Below are positions 28,160-37,657 of a DNA stretch of 64,000 nt, piece after piece. The DNA lies in NCBI GenBank assembly GCA_017686895.1, contig GCA_017686895.1_4521.1. One strand, written 5' to 3'. The position numbers and the translations under genes were made by a program. The notes under the pieces are model-generated. The model made no database searches, was not told the DNA's origin, and saw only the letters and a program-made list of their open reading frames with translations. The number at the start of each line of letters is the position of its first letter. Within the stretch, counting starts at the first letter, position 1. The DNA is from a phage.

Positions 28160-28573
28160 ATGAATATTTCTGAAACTCGCGGTAAATGGTTCAAGATTGT
28201 TAAAGAAGACGAAGAACTACAAGTCAAGTTTCCTGAATTAAAGAAAGGAACAATCCTCAAGGTAATTGGTACTACTACCGAAGATGGTTATGGCGACCAT
28301 GGCATTATCGAAGTGATGTTGAACACAGGTGAGAAACTTTGCATCTATGACCGTGATACTTCTCTTTGGTGCTTCTGGGAATCCCATTCAATAGATGAAC
28401 TCGAAGAAATTGACCAAGTAGTTTGTGATGGTGGACTTGGTGAATTCGAAGGTGAACGTATTTCTTATGCTTTAGCTAAATTAGCTGGTCAAGAAAATAA
28501 TGACGGTTATGAAGGTAATCTGATGCAAGCCGCCGCGGAATACATTGAATATTTAGAACGACGTTTAAGTTAA
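28160..28573 (+). CDS. hypothetical protein
   Basis: ATG 28160 (MNISETRGKW...) inside track ORF 28022..28573, whose N-terminal extension looks non-protein-like. Confidence 0.45.
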   Translation: MNISETRGKWFKIVKEDEELQVKFPELKKGTILKVIGTTTEDGYGDHGIIEVMLNTGEKLCIYDRDTSLWCFWESHSIDELEEIDQVVCDGGLGEFEGERISYALAKLAGQENNDGYEGNLMQAAAEYIEYLERRLS

Positions 28574-28608
28574 TAAATACCCTTATCTATTTAAGGTAAG
28601 GGTTTATT

Positions 28609-29082
28609 ATGTTATTATCTGGCAAATTATACAAAGAAGAAAAACAAAAATTTTATGATGCACAGAACGGTAAGTGTCCTATTTGCCACCGTGAATTAGA
28701 CCCTGATGTTCAAGGTAACCATCTTGACCACAACCACGAGTTAAACGGGCCAAAAGCCGGTAGAGTTCGTGGATTACTCTGTAATCTGTGCAACGCAGCA
28801 GAAGGCCAAATGAAGCATAAGTTCAACCGTTCTGGTCTTAAAGGTCAAAACGTTGATTACCTCGAATGGCTTGAAGCTCTTCTTGCTTATTTGAAACAAG
28901 ATTATTCTGATAATAATATCCATCCTAATTTTGTTCCAGACAAAACTAAAGAGTTCTCAAGACTAGGTAAAGAGGAAATGATGGCTGAGATGCTTCAAAG
29001 AGGATTTGAATATACTGAATCTGATACTAAAACACAATTAATAGCTTCATTCAAAAAGCAGCTTAGAAAGAGTTTAAAATGA
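28609..29082 (+). CDS. 49: endonuclease VII (Holliday junction resolvase)
   Basis: GKCPICHRELDPDVQGNHLDHNHELNGPKAGRVRGLLCNLCN ... colinear with T4 gp49, 157 aa. Confidence 0.95.
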   Translation: MLLSGKLYKEEKQKFYDAQNGKCPICHRELDPDVQGNHLDHNHELNGPKAGRVRGLLCNLCNAAEGQMKHKFNRSGLKGQNVDYLEWLEALLAYLKQDYSDNNIHPNFVPDKTKEFSRLGKEEMMAEMLQRGFEYTESDTKTQLIASFKKQLRKSLK

Positions 29083-30896
29083 AAATTGAAAAAGAAATTG
29101 AAGGATTAATTTATAAAACTAATAAAGATCTTTTGAACGAGAATGCTAATAAAGATTCTCGTGTTTTTCCAACTCAACGGGACCTTATGGCTGGTATTGT
29201 GTCTAAGCACATTGCCAAAAATATGGTCCCGTCTTTTATTATGAATGCGCATGAAAGTGGAATTATCCACATGCATGATATTGATTATTCTCCTGCTCTT
29301 CCGTTTACTAATTGTTGTTTAGTCGATTTAAAGGGGATGCTTGAGAACGGATTTAAATTAGGCAATGCTCAAATTGAAACGCCTAAATCGATTGGTGTTG
29401 CTACTGCAATTATGGCACAAATTACTGCACAAGTTGCTTCACATCAGTATGGCGGAACTACATTTGCGAATGTCGATAAAGTTCTTTCTCCTTATGTTAA
29501 ACGTACATACGCTAAACATGTTGAAGATGCAGAAAAATGGCAAATCGCTGATGCGTTGAATTATGCTCAATCCAAAACAGAAAAAGATGTATACGATGCA
29601 TTCCAAGCTTATGAATATGAAGTAAATACTCTCTTTAGTTCAAACGGACAAACGCCTTTTGTAACAATTACATTTGGTACGGGAACCGATTGGACTGAAC
29701 GAATGATTCAGAAAGCAATTCTTAAAAATCGTATTAAAGGTCTCGGTCGTGACGGAATAACTCCTATTTTTCCTAAACTTGTTATGTTTGTTGAAGAAGG
29801 TGTTAATCTTTATAAAGATGATCCAAACTATGATATTAAACAACTTGCGTTAGAATGTGCAAGCAAAAGAATGTATCCTGACATTATTTCGGTTAAGAAT
29901 AATAAAGCTATTACTGGTTCTTCAGTTCCGGTTTCTCCAATGGGCTGCCGTAGTTTCTTGAGCGTATGGAAAGATTCGACTGGTAATGAAATTCTTGATG
30001 GACGTAATAATCTCGGTGTTGTAACACTGAATCTTCCTCGCATCGCATTAGATTCTTATATTGGAACACAGTTCAATGAACAGAAATTTGTTGAATTATT
30101 CAATGAACGAATGGATTTATGTTTTGAAGCTTTGATGTGTAGAATTAGTTCCTTAAAAGGAGTTAAAGCGACTGTTGCTCCTATTCTTTACCAAGAAGGT
30201 GCATTCGGGGTTCGTCTTAAACCTGATGACGATATAATTGAGTTATTTAAAAACGGTAGAAGTTCAGTGTCTTTAGGATACATCGGTATTCATGAATTGA
30301 ATATTCTTGTTGGTCGTGATATTGGACAAGAAATTTTAACTAAAATGAATGCTCATCTTAAACAGTGGACCGAAAGAACTGGATTTGCTTTTAGTTTATA
30401 TTCTACTCCTGCTGAAAACTTGTGTTATCGTTTCTGTAAACTTGATACAGAAAAATATGGAAGCGTAAAAGATGTTACCGATAAAGGCTGGTACACTAAT
30501 AGTTTCCACGTTTCAGTAGAAGAAAATATTACTCCGTTTGAAAAGATTTCTCGTGAAGCGCCATATCATTTCATTGCGACAGGTGGTCACATTTCTTATG
30601 TTGAACTTCCTGATATGAAAAATAACCTAAAAGGTCTTGAGGCCGTGTGGGATTATGCTGCACAACATTTAGATTATTTTGGTGTTAATATGCCAGTAGA
30701 TAAATGTTTTACATGCGGAAGTACTCATGAAATGACTCCTACTGAAAACGGATTTGTTTGTTCAGTTTGTGGAGAAACTGATCCTAAAAAGATGAACACT
30801 ATAAGAAGGACATGCGGTTATTTGGGAAATCCGAACGAACGCGGATTTAATCTCGGTAAAAATAAAGAAATCATGCATAGGGTTAAACACCAATGA
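29079..30896 (+). CDS. nrdD: anaerobic ribonucleoside-triphosphate reductase
   Basis: 605 aa; C-terminal zinc ribbon CFTCGSTHE..CSVCGE and glycyl-radical motif RTCGYLG; uninterrupted, no intron. Confidence 0.95.
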   Translation: MKIEKEIEGLIYKTNKDLLNENANKDSRVFPTQRDLMAGIVSKHIAKNMVPSFIMNAHESGIIHMHDIDYSPALPFTNCCLVDLKGMLENGFKLGNAQIETPKSIGVATAIMAQITAQVASHQYGGTTFANVDKVLSPYVKRTYAKHVEDAEKWQIADALNYAQSKTEKDVYDAFQAYEYEVNTLFSSNGQTPFVTITFGTGTDWTERMIQKAILKNRIKGLGRDGITPIFPKLVMFVEEGVNLYKDDPNYDIKQLALECASKRMYPDIISVKNNKAITGSSVPVSPMGCRSFLSVWKDSTGNEILDGRNNLGVVTLNLPRIALDSYIGTQFNEQKFVELFNERMDLCFEALMCRISSLKGVKATVAPILYQEGAFGVRLKPDDDIIELFKNGRSSVSLGYIGIHELNILVGRDIGQEILTKMNAHLKQWTERTGFAFSLYSTPAENLCYRFCKLDTEKYGSVKDVTDKGWYTNSFHVSVEENITPFEKISREAPYHFIATGGHISYVELPDMKNNLKGLEAVWDYAAQHLDYFGVNMPVDKCFTCGSTHEMTPTENGFVCSVCGETDPKKMNTIRRTCGYLGNPNERGFNLGKNKEIMHRVKHQ

Positions 30897-31363
30897 ATTA
30901 TGATAGATTTTATCCTTGCGATTTTGTTAATGGCCCTGGTTGCAGGGTCGTTCTTTTCGTTACAGGTTGTTTGCATAAATGCGAAGGGTGTTATAATAAA
31001 TCAACATGGAACGCTAGAAATGGTGCTCCATTCACTGGAGAGACACTAGAACAATTAATTGAATGTTTGAATAATGATTATATAGAAGGATTAACTATAA
31101 CCGGAGGAGACCCTCTCTATCCTGATAACCGAGATGTTATTCACTCTGTAGTTCAAACTATTAAAAATCTTTATCCCAATAAAAGCATTTGGTTGTGGAC
31201 AGGATATAAGTTTGAAGATATTAAACAGCTAGAAATGCTTAAATATGTTGATGTTATTATTGATGGGAAGTATGAGAAAAATCTTCCGACCAAAAAGTTG
31301 TGGCGAGGATCAGATAATCAGCGACTTTGGTCAAATACCGATGGGGTGTGGAAACATGATTAA
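30893..31363 (+). CDS. nrdG: anaerobic RNR activating enzyme (radical SAM)
   Basis: CLHKCEGC radical SAM cysteine motif; ATGA overlap with nrdD. Confidence 0.9.
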   Translation: MNYDRFYPCDFVNGPGCRVVLFVTGCLHKCEGCYNKSTWNARNGAPFTGETLEQLIECLNNDYIEGLTITGGDPLYPDNRDVIHSVVQTIKNLYPNKSIWLWTGYKFEDIKQLEMLKYVDVIIDGKYEKNLPTKKLWRGSDNQRLWSNTDGVWKHD

Positions 31364-31474
31364 ATTGAATTACATTATGGATACTATAAATGATATGATT
31401 TTTCATTTTGGTCCAGAATTTTATTCGCAATATGGTTTGCTTATCAACGCTTGGTTAATTAATTAAGGGTAAAT

Positions 31475-31690
31475 ATGTATAAATTTCGTAAAGGTTTAGC
31501 TGATTTTCTTACAACTGTAACATTCTTTCTGTTTATGGCAGTTGGAGCTATTTTTCTTATTCCTTTTACTGGTGTATTTTTCGTGATTAGTTTAATTTCT
31601 CCAGAAAAGGGCTTATCTTCTAATGAGTTCAATGAGCGTCTGGATAAAATTACTAACAAACTGAATTCTGTTCTTGATAAAAAGGCTTAA
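31475..31690 (+). CDS. small membrane protein
   Basis: Two hydrophobic helices. Confidence 0.4.
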   Translation: MYKFRKGLADFLTTVTFFLFMAVGAIFLIPFTGVFFVISLISPEKGLSSNEFNERLDKITNKLNSVLDKKA

Positions 31691-31692
31691 TT

Positions 31693-32010
31693 ATGATTAG
31701 TTTTGAGCGGTATGTGGTAGAGAGTTGGAAGGGGTTTGATATGTTCGGTAATGACTATTATTTTTACGAATGTAATCTAAATCCTAGTTTTTGGGCTGGA
31801 CGTGAACGAGATCTCGAAGAAATTAATGCTCGTGCCGAATTGTTAGGTGAACTGCCTACAGTTTATTTTACATTTGATGAATCCGGCTTCGTTATCCAGG
31901 TTTATTTTCCTGAAGAAAACTCGGGTGAGGATTCGGTTAATCCTCCTTATTGGGCTTACCAAGGAATTATTTCTCGTGGAACAAAACTCGAACTTAAAGA
32001 ACAAGATTGA
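31693..32010 (+). CDS. hypothetical protein
   Basis: 105-aa ORF. Confidence 0.45.
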   Translation: MISFERYVVESWKGFDMFGNDYYFYECNLNPSFWAGRERDLEEINARAELLGELPTVYFTFDESGFVIQVYFPEENSGEDSVNPPYWAYQGIISRGTKLELKEQD

Positions 32011-32299
32011 AATTTATGGCATCCCTGAAGAAGTTGGACGTTGTCCAGGATGTTATACTGTTACAAAACTTTTAAAGGAGCTCAATGCTCCTTATACATT
32101 TTATAAAGTCCTCACTAATAATGGTAAGATTGAATATGACCGTCCTTTAATCGTATCTCTTGCTAAACGTGCAGGATTCACTTCACTTAATATTCGTTAT
32201 CCTGTCATATTTTTAAATGATAAGAAACAAAAGAATATTGCAGAGTTTAAAAAGTCCTTGATTTCATTAGGATACGACTCTGATATCATAGAAGATTGA
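31976..32299 (+). CDS. nrdH: glutaredoxin-like protein (NrdH-like), start uncertain
   Basis: IEIYGIPEEVGRCPGCYTVTKLL thioredoxin-fold CxxC; by T4 synteny nrdH lies next to nrdG; no in-frame ATG near the domain, GTG at 31976 assumed. Confidence 0.5.
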   Translation: MEQNSNLKNKIEIYGIPEEVGRCPGCYTVTKLLKELNAPYTFYKVLTNNGKIEYDRPLIVSLAKRAGFTSLNIRYPVIFLNDKKQKNIAEFKKSLISLGYDSDIIED

Positions 32300-32322
32300 C
32301 CAGGTGCCGCCTGGTCTTCTTT
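32298..32322 (+). terminator. candidate intrinsic terminator
   Basis: GACCAGG-TGCCG-CCTGGTC then T-rich tract. Confidence 0.5.
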
Positions 32323-32464
32323 ATCCTATTTCTAATATAATCCATTAGAATCTTCACTTCACTATCTCCTTGTGCCCCTCTCAAATCAAAAATATTTTCA
32401 TAAACCAGTTTACATCCTCGATAGATATGTTAAGATTAAACCATCTGCTATAGAGGAAAACAAA

Positions 32465-32647
32465 ATGACAATTGAAGATAAAGAAATTAAGGTTGACCAG
32501 TATTATTCTGTCAATGGTAATGCAGTACGGATAACCAGAGTTTCAAGCCTGGATGTTTGGTACCGTTCAATCAAATATCCAGAAATTGGTGAAATGCTTT
32601 GTGACCGTAGTATCTTCTGTTCAATTGCGAAGGAAATTAAGCCATGA
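32465..32647 (+). CDS. hypothetical protein
   Basis: ATG 32465 after GAGGAAAA RBS. Confidence 0.4.
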   Translation: MTIEDKEIKVDQYYSVNGNAVRITRVSSLDVWYRSIKYPEIGEMLCDRSIFCSIAKEIKP

Positions 32648-32892
32648 TTAGTTTAGATTCAAAGAAGGTTGTTCTAACCCTTAAAGTTAATGACGAGCAT
32701 CCGGTATTCATTACCATTTCAGATTTGCATGTTGAAATTGCTAATGGCGTTCGTACTTATCAAGCAAATAAAACTCATTGGGATTATATCCCGATGTTGA
32801 CGCTTACTCAGCGTTTAGAATCAATCGGTCTTAAAGACCTTTCAGTAAGTGAAGTGAATTTTATCAAACGTGTCGTATCAATCAACCTCTGA
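32644..32892 (+). CDS. hypothetical protein
   Basis: 82-aa ORF, ATGA overlap. Confidence 0.45.
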   Translation: MISLDSKKVVLTLKVNDEHPVFITISDLHVEIANGVRTYQANKTHWDYIPMLTLTQRLESIGLKDLSVSEVNFIKRVVSINL

Positions 32893-32899
32893 GGTACTT

Positions 32900-33193
32900 A
32901 TGGGTAAAACATATCGTCGTAAAGATTTGAAAGTTCGCGATTATGACTATTTTGGTAAGCGTAAAGCTCCTGACGGTGTTAGCCACAAAGACATGGTTGA
33001 AAACATTTTCCGCTCAGATAAATGGAAACGTATGAAAGGAGTTGATTCTGAAGTCAAGAATGAAATGAATCGACAACTCCGCAAAGAGGTTCGTAAGTTG
33101 AAAAAAGATGTTTACAGTAAAGAAGAGTATGATTATAATACTTCTCATACTGAAGCCAAACGTAAAGCTAACGAATGTTATCGTTACAGTTGA
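32900..33193 (+). CDS. hypothetical basic protein
   Basis: ATG 32900 within track ORF 32870..33193. Confidence 0.45.
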   Translation: MGKTYRRKDLKVRDYDYFGKRKAPDGVSHKDMVENIFRSDKWKRMKGVDSEVKNEMNRQLRKEVRKLKKDVYSKEEYDYNTSHTEAKRKANECYRYS

Positions 33194-33200
33194 GGAAATT

Positions 33201-33335
33201 ATGAATATTAAACGAATGCTTTTTAAGCAAGGATTATATACTTTAAATGTTAATCCAAAGGGTGATACAACTAAATGGTCTGTAAATGACTGGATTAAGT
33301 TCATCGATGAAAATGGGGCGTGGAATACAAAATGA
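33201..33335 (+). CDS. small hypothetical protein (44 aa)
   Basis: ATG 33201 after GAGGAAATT RBS. Confidence 0.35.
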   Translation: MNIKRMLFKQGLYTLNVNPKGDTTKWSVNDWIKFIDENGAWNTK

Positions 33336-33532
33336 ATCCTGAATCTATGTTATCGCAAAAGCTTCGTGAAGAACGTGCCGAATTCTTTGCCAATATGAAA
33401 CTCAACGGCGTTGAGGATGAAGACTTCTTACGCTGGTTCTGGATTTACAAATACAAAGAATGCCAGCACGCTGTACTATTGACTTGTGCAGCTATGTACG
33501 AAGGCTGGAAAGGCGCTAAAAAGTTCGGTTAA
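33332..33532 (+). CDS. hypothetical protein
   Basis: ATGA overlap start. Confidence 0.45.
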   Translation: MNPESMLSQKLREERAEFFANMKLNGVEDEDFLRWFWIYKYKECQHAVLLTCAAMYEGWKGAKKFG

Positions 33533-33595
33533 TAATGTACAACGATAGGACGACATGTTATTATCTTCCTATCGTCTTAAAATGAGGAAAATATC

Positions 33596-33835
33596 ATGGC
33601 CCAAGAATTAGATTTTATCAAATTCAAAAAACACCTCGACGTTAAAATTGGGGATTCAATTGTTAGGATTGAGTATGACATTTTAACAGATGCTATTACT
33701 GTTAGTTGTGATGGAAATAGTTTCAGCTTCGATACAACCGAAAACAAATACCCAATCTATAAAGGCATCTTTGATATGGGTGTTGATATTACTCCACGTG
33801 ATACAAATTACTTACTTTTCATGCTTAAAAAATAA
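33596..33835 (+). CDS. hypothetical protein
   Basis: 79-aa ORF after GAGGAAAA RBS. Confidence 0.45.
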   Translation: MAQELDFIKFKKHLDVKIGDSIVRIEYDILTDAITVSCDGNSFSFDTTENKYPIYKGIFDMGVDITPRDTNYLLFMLKK

Positions 33836-33836
33836 T

Positions 33837-33882
33837 ATACAACTCTTGAGAGATGAGTATAATTCTCTCGTTGGATAATAAA
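33837..33882 (+). repeat. promoter cassette copy 2 (approximate coordinates)
   Basis: ATACAACTCTTGAGAGATGAGTATAATTCTCTCGTTGGATAATAAA; palindrome GAGAGA/TCTCTC flanks TATAAT; copy of the element at about 4427..4474. Confidence 0.6.
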
Positions 33883-33900
33883 ATAACCGAGGAAAATAAT

Positions 33901-34233
33901 ATGTCTACTAAAATCAAAAACGTAGTTAATTCTTTCGCTTTCGATAAAGTTGTTGCTCTTCTGGAATCCGGCAATATTGTTACTCCTCAAGTTCTTGACG
34001 CGTGGGAATTCCGTCTTTATGAAATCATGCAAAAACACGACCAGAAAATTGGACGTAATTCTATTCGCGAAATTCTAGTGCAATATATTCTTTCTGAATT
34101 TGACGTTGCTGCATTTGGTGTTGAATCTAAAGCTTATCAGAAACATGAAATCTCTGAAAAGACTATCCGTCGTATGAAAAATCAACGTAAGAAAAAATTC
34201 GTTGACCTTAAAATTGTTAAGGCGGTAAAATGA
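33901..34233 (+). CDS. hypothetical protein
   Basis: ATG 33901 after CCGAGGAAAA RBS. Confidence 0.5.
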   Translation: MSTKIKNVVNSFAFDKVVALLESGNIVTPQVLDAWEFRLYEIMQKHDQKIGRNSIREILVQYILSEFDVAAFGVESKAYQKHEISEKTIRRMKNQRKKKFVDLKIVKAVK

Positions 34234-34457
34234 GCGTATTAACAGAAACTTTGATTAATGACCTGCGTCTAGCTGGTTACGAAGTTGGTACAAATAGCCT
34301 AGGTCTTCCTCAGATTGAAGGTCCTGGATTTATTCTAGAATACGAATTCAAACAATGGTGGTTATATGCTACGGTTGATGATGCATTGAATATTGATTTC
34401 GTCGACCAATTTGATTCATTGGATGCTGCTTTATTTGCCGCAAAGGAAATAGAATGA
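34230..34457 (+). CDS. hypothetical acidic protein
   Basis: 75-aa ORF, ATGA overlap. Confidence 0.45.
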   Translation: MSVLTETLINDLRLAGYEVGTNSLGLPQIEGPGFILEYEFKQWWLYATVDDALNIDFVDQFDSLDAALFAAKEIE

Positions 34458-34546
34458 AACTATCTCGAATCGCTATAACCGAAGAAAAGTATGGTGAATT
34501 TTAAGTCGACAACTTTATGAAAGTTACGTATCTTTGATAGTATCTC

Positions 34547-34581
34547 GTGCTTTAAGATAGGTCTCTAAATATTATGATATA
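34547..34581 (+). promoter_or_regulatory. promoter upstream of gene 55: MotA-like box plus extended -10 in a palindrome (approximate coordinates)
   Basis: TGCTTTA box, then TGATATAAT flanked by ATAGGTCT / AGACCTAT. Confidence 0.4.
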
Positions 34582-34612
34582 ATAGACCTATGAATTGAGC
34601 TAAGAGGTACTT

Positions 34613-35170
34613 ATGACTGAACAAAAACCTAAAAATAACTATGTGAATAATAAAGAGCTTCTCGCCGCTATAATCGAGTGGAAAAAGGAGCTCTTAAATA
34701 ATAAAGACCCAAACAAAATTATTCGTCAGAATGATACCATCGGTTTAGCAATTATGCTTATCGCCGAAGGCCTGTCCAAACGTTTCAACTTTTCAGGATA
34801 TACCCAGTCTTGGAAGCAGGAGATGATTGCAGATGGGATTGAAGCCTCTATTAAGGGACTTCATAATTTCGACGAAACTAAGTACAATAACCCACATGCA
34901 TACATAACTCGAGCTTGTTTTAATGCTTTTGTCCAACGTATCAAAAAAGAACGTAAGGAAGTTGCAAAGAAATATAGTTACTTCGTTCATAATGTCTACG
35001 ACAGTCATGACGATGATATGGTAGCGTTGGTAGATGAAACGTTTATTCAAGACATCTACGATAAAATGACGCATTATGAAGAATCCGCTTATAAAGCTCC
35101 TGGGGCTGAAAAGAAGGAAGTTGTTAGCGATTCGCCTAGTTTGGATTTTTTATATGAGGATGACAATTGA
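34613..35170 (+). CDS. 55: late-transcription sigma factor gp55
   Basis: 185 aa; [28 protein letters not shown] ... matches T4 gp55 nearly throughout as I recall it. Confidence 0.95.
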   Translation: MTEQKPKNNYVNNKELLAAIIEWKKELLNNKDPNKIIRQNDTIGLAIMLIAEGLSKRFNFSGYTQSWKQEMIADGIEASIKGLHNFDETKYNNPHAYITRACFNAFVQRIKKERKEVAKKYSYFVHNVYDSHDDDMVALVDETFIQDIYDKMTHYEESAYKAPGAEKKEVVSDSPSLDFLYEDDN

Positions 35171-35369
35171 CATCTCTAACTACTTAGAAGAACCTTTTGA
35201 CGAAGCAATCCCTTATTTGGTAAAACTGTTGGGTCGTGAATTTAAAATTAATTTTGACATCGACCCTTTGAACCCACATGACGTGTCATTTTCAATAAAT
35301 GGGACTCCAGTTGAGTACGAGTTCTGTATTGAAGAGGATGGACGTTTTTATTTTAATTTAATGAGATAA
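35160..35369 (+). CDS. hypothetical protein
   Basis: Internal ATG of track ORF 35076..35369, overlapping the end of gene 55. Confidence 0.35.
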   Translation: MTIDISNYLEEPFDEAIPYLVKLLGREFKINFDIDPLNPHDVSFSINGTPVEYEFCIEEDGRFYFNLMR

Positions 35370-35370
35370 T

Positions 35371-35694
35371 ATGACTACCGATATTATTGAAAATAAAGAA
35401 GCAGAAGATGCAGTAGCTAAAATGCTACAAGAAATCCAAAAGAAAAATGAAGCTGAAGCACGTAAAAAATCCGAAAAGATTCTTAAAAAGAATCGTTTTG
35501 AACTAAACCGTCTTTATGCACATGCTCAAGAAGCAGCAATTCAAAACAACTTCGAAGCTTACGAATATGCTATTAAGAAATCTCGGGATATTCTACGACA
35601 ACCATATAATGACAAGTTAATTAAAATCCAGTGGATTACTACTCGTCAGGCTATTGAGGACATCATTAATGGCGCTAGTTCAAACAAAGTTTAA
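35371..35694 (+). CDS. hypothetical protein
   Basis: 107-aa ORF. Confidence 0.45.
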   Translation: MTTDIIENKEAEDAVAKMLQEIQKKNEAEARKKSEKILKKNRFELNRLYAHAQEAAIQNNFEAYEYAIKKSRDILRQPYNDKLIKIQWITTRQAIEDIINGASSNKV

Positions 35695-35875
35695 ACGTCT
35701 GAAGCTGAACGCAGGGTTCACCCTTAAATTGGGAGGTCCTCTTTGTGTTAAAATTTCTGAAAAGGAATATCACGACGGTTCTATTACAGAAATTTGTCCG
35801 CCTATTGTAAAGGCGGACCCAAAACAACTCGTGTGGGTCGATTCATTTCAAGTTAAGAAATGGTGGAAACGATGA
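35669..35875 (+). CDS. hypothetical protein
   Basis: ATG 35669 after GAGGA RBS within track ORF 35654..35875. Confidence 0.4.
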   Translation: MALVQTKFKRLKLNAGFTLKLGGPLCVKISEKEYHDGSITEICPPIVKADPKQLVWVDSFQVKKWWKR

Positions 35876-35914
35876 GAGAAATCGATTTAGGTATTTTCTG
35901 AGAGGTGCTTATGC

Positions 35915-36088
35915 GTGACGAACATCCCGACTTCTGAAAATTTCGATAAAATCCGTAAAGGCAAAGCAGAAAGAACGAGACGTTTTAAAGAGTCTTATGA
36001 TAAAGCTAAAGCCGAAGGAACTATTACATACAAGCCCATTCGATTTAAAAGTTCAAATGAGCCTCTGTACGGTGTACTATGTGGATAG
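35915..36088 (+). CDS. possible small basic ORF (57 aa, GTG start)
   Basis: Hand-identified; ends at the hairpin terminator; weak support. Confidence 0.25.
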   Translation: MTNIPTSENFDKIRKGKAERTRRFKESYDKAKAEGTITYKPIRFKSSNEPLYGVLCG

Positions 36089-36111
36089 GAACTCTTCGGA
36101 GTTCCTTTTTT
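36088..36111 (+). terminator. intrinsic terminator
   Basis: GGAACTC-TTCG-GAGTTCC then TTTTTT. Confidence 0.65.
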
Positions 36112-36157
36112 GCTTTATAAACGGATGATAGAATGAATTAACTAATGAGGAAATAAT

Positions 36158-37177
36158 ATGAAAATTTTGCACTTAGGCGACTTCCATATCGGAGTCAAAC
36201 AAGACGACCCATGGGTTCAAGATATTCAACGTGATGGTATTCGACAAGCAATTGAATACTCTAAGAAACACGGGATTAAAACTTGGATTCAGTACGGTGA
36301 TTGGTTTGACGTCCGTAAAGCAATAACACATCGTACAATGGAATTCAATCGTGAAATCGTTGATATGATTTCTAAAGCAGGCATTCACGTTCATGTCACG
36401 ATAGGAAACCATGACATGGCGTTTAAGAATACAATAACACCTAACACTGTTTCTGAATTGTTAACTCAATTTGAAAACTTTACTATTTACGAGCATCCAA
36501 CTACTGTAGATTTTGACGGATGTCTGATTGATATCGTTCCATGGATGTGTGAAGAAAATACAGGTGAAATCTTAGAGCACATCAAGACTTCTTCTGCTGC
36601 GTATTGTGTTGGTCACTGGGAACTGAACGGCTTTTATTTCTATAAAGGAATGAAGTCCCATGGGCTTGAACCTGATTTCTTAAAGACTTATAAACAAGTC
36701 TGGTCCGGCCACTTCCACACAATCTCTGAAGCTGCTAACGTCAAATATATTGGGACACCATGGACCCTTACTGCAGGTGATGAGAATGATCCTCGCGGAT
36801 TCTGGGTATTTGACACTGACGTTGAACGTATGGAATTTATTCCTAATGAAACAACATGGCATCGACGAATCACTTATCCATTTAAAGGCAAAATCAATTA
36901 TTCTGATTATACTAATCTAGCCGTACGTGTTATAGTATCAGAAATTGATTCAGAGTTGACTAAGTTTGAATCTGAACTTGAAAAAGTAGTTCACTCTCTT
37001 CGTATGGTTTCTAAAGTTGATAACAGTGTTGAATCTGATGACGACCAGGAAATCGAGATTAAATCACTTCAAGATATCATTAAAGAATATATTGACGCGA
37101 TTCCAGATATCTCAGACGAAGACAGAGAAGCGCTGGTCAAATATTCCAACGAACTTTATATTGAGGCAACACAATGA
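36158..37177 (+). CDS. 47: recombination nuclease subunit gp47 (Mre11/SbcD-like)
   Basis: MKILHLGDFHIG phosphoesterase motif I, GNHD motif; 339 aa as in T4. Confidence 0.95.
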   Translation: MKILHLGDFHIGVKQDDPWVQDIQRDGIRQAIEYSKKHGIKTWIQYGDWFDVRKAITHRTMEFNREIVDMISKAGIHVHVTIGNHDMAFKNTITPNTVSELLTQFENFTIYEHPTTVDFDGCLIDIVPWMCEENTGEILEHIKTSSAAYCVGHWELNGFYFYKGMKSHGLEPDFLKTYKQVWSGHFHTISEAANVKYIGTPWTLTAGDENDPRGFWVFDTDVERMEFIPNETTWHRRITYPFKGKINYSDYTNLAVRVIVSEIDSELTKFESELEKVVHSLRMVSKVDNSVESDDDQEIEIKSLQDIIKEYIDAIPDISDEDREALVKYSNELYIEATQ

Positions 37178-37431
37178 CTTTAGATGAATTTAATAATGCT
37201 GGGCTCGGGCTTGAAGTTGAAATAGACGTTAAAGATGATGATGGATTCGAGAACACTATCAAGTATTGGATTGAGCCATTACGCGTTGAAGGCAATGAAG
37301 TTAAAGCAGTTCATGTCTGCACCGACTGGGCTATTGAATTTAGCTTTAATATAATGGACAACGATACTCCTGGCTCTATTCTTAAAATGGCTGAAGCGTG
37401 TATTGAGGATGCGTATAATGACGAAGACTGA
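37174..37431 (+). CDS. hypothetical acidic protein
   Basis: ATGA overlap with gene 47. Confidence 0.5.
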   Translation: MTLDEFNNAGLGLEVEIDVKDDDGFENTIKYWIEPLRVEGNEVKAVHVCTDWAIEFSFNIMDNDTPGSILKMAEACIEDAYNDED

Positions 37432-37657
37432 CTATGAAATCCATCGTCACGAATTTAGTATTGGTGACGGTTATATTGGTATCGTTGAATGGACTGAGAA
37501 TTACGAGGAATCAACTCCTCGTTTCTTTGGAACAATGTATGTTACCTGTGAGTACGCACCAGGTGTTGTTATGTATGCAGAACTAGATGAATATTTTGCT
37601 GATAGGGATGACATGTTAAAATATGTAGAGGACTTCACTCGAAGAGAATACATATGA
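37418..37657 (+). CDS. hypothetical protein
   Basis: ATG 37418 after GAGGA RBS. Confidence 0.45.
   Translation: MTKTDYEIHRHEFSIGDGYIGIVEWTENYEESTPRFFGTMYVTCEYAPGVVMYAELDEYFADRDDMLKYVEDFTRREYI

Noticed and set aside
28022-28573. Long track ORF 28022..28573 taken at face value
   Set aside because: Its first ~45 codons are hydrophobic low-complexity and overlap a better small ORF (27988..28158) in another frame; a start at ATG 28160 is more plausible
29079-30896. Group I intron in nrdD, as found in T4
   Set aside because: The ORF is continuous for 605 codons and colinear with NrdD from the N-terminus to the glycyl-radical motif, leaving no room for an intron
31847-32299. Track ORF 31847..32299 as a 150-aa protein
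   Set aside because: The upstream two-thirds overlaps the 31693..32010 gene; only the C-terminal redoxin-like domain looks real, so a later start (GTG 31976) was preferred, though it remains uncertain
35160-36157. alpha-glucosyltransferase between gene 55 and gene 47
   Set aside because: Only ORFs of 57-107 aa occur there; nothing of the ~400 aa expected for alpha-gt
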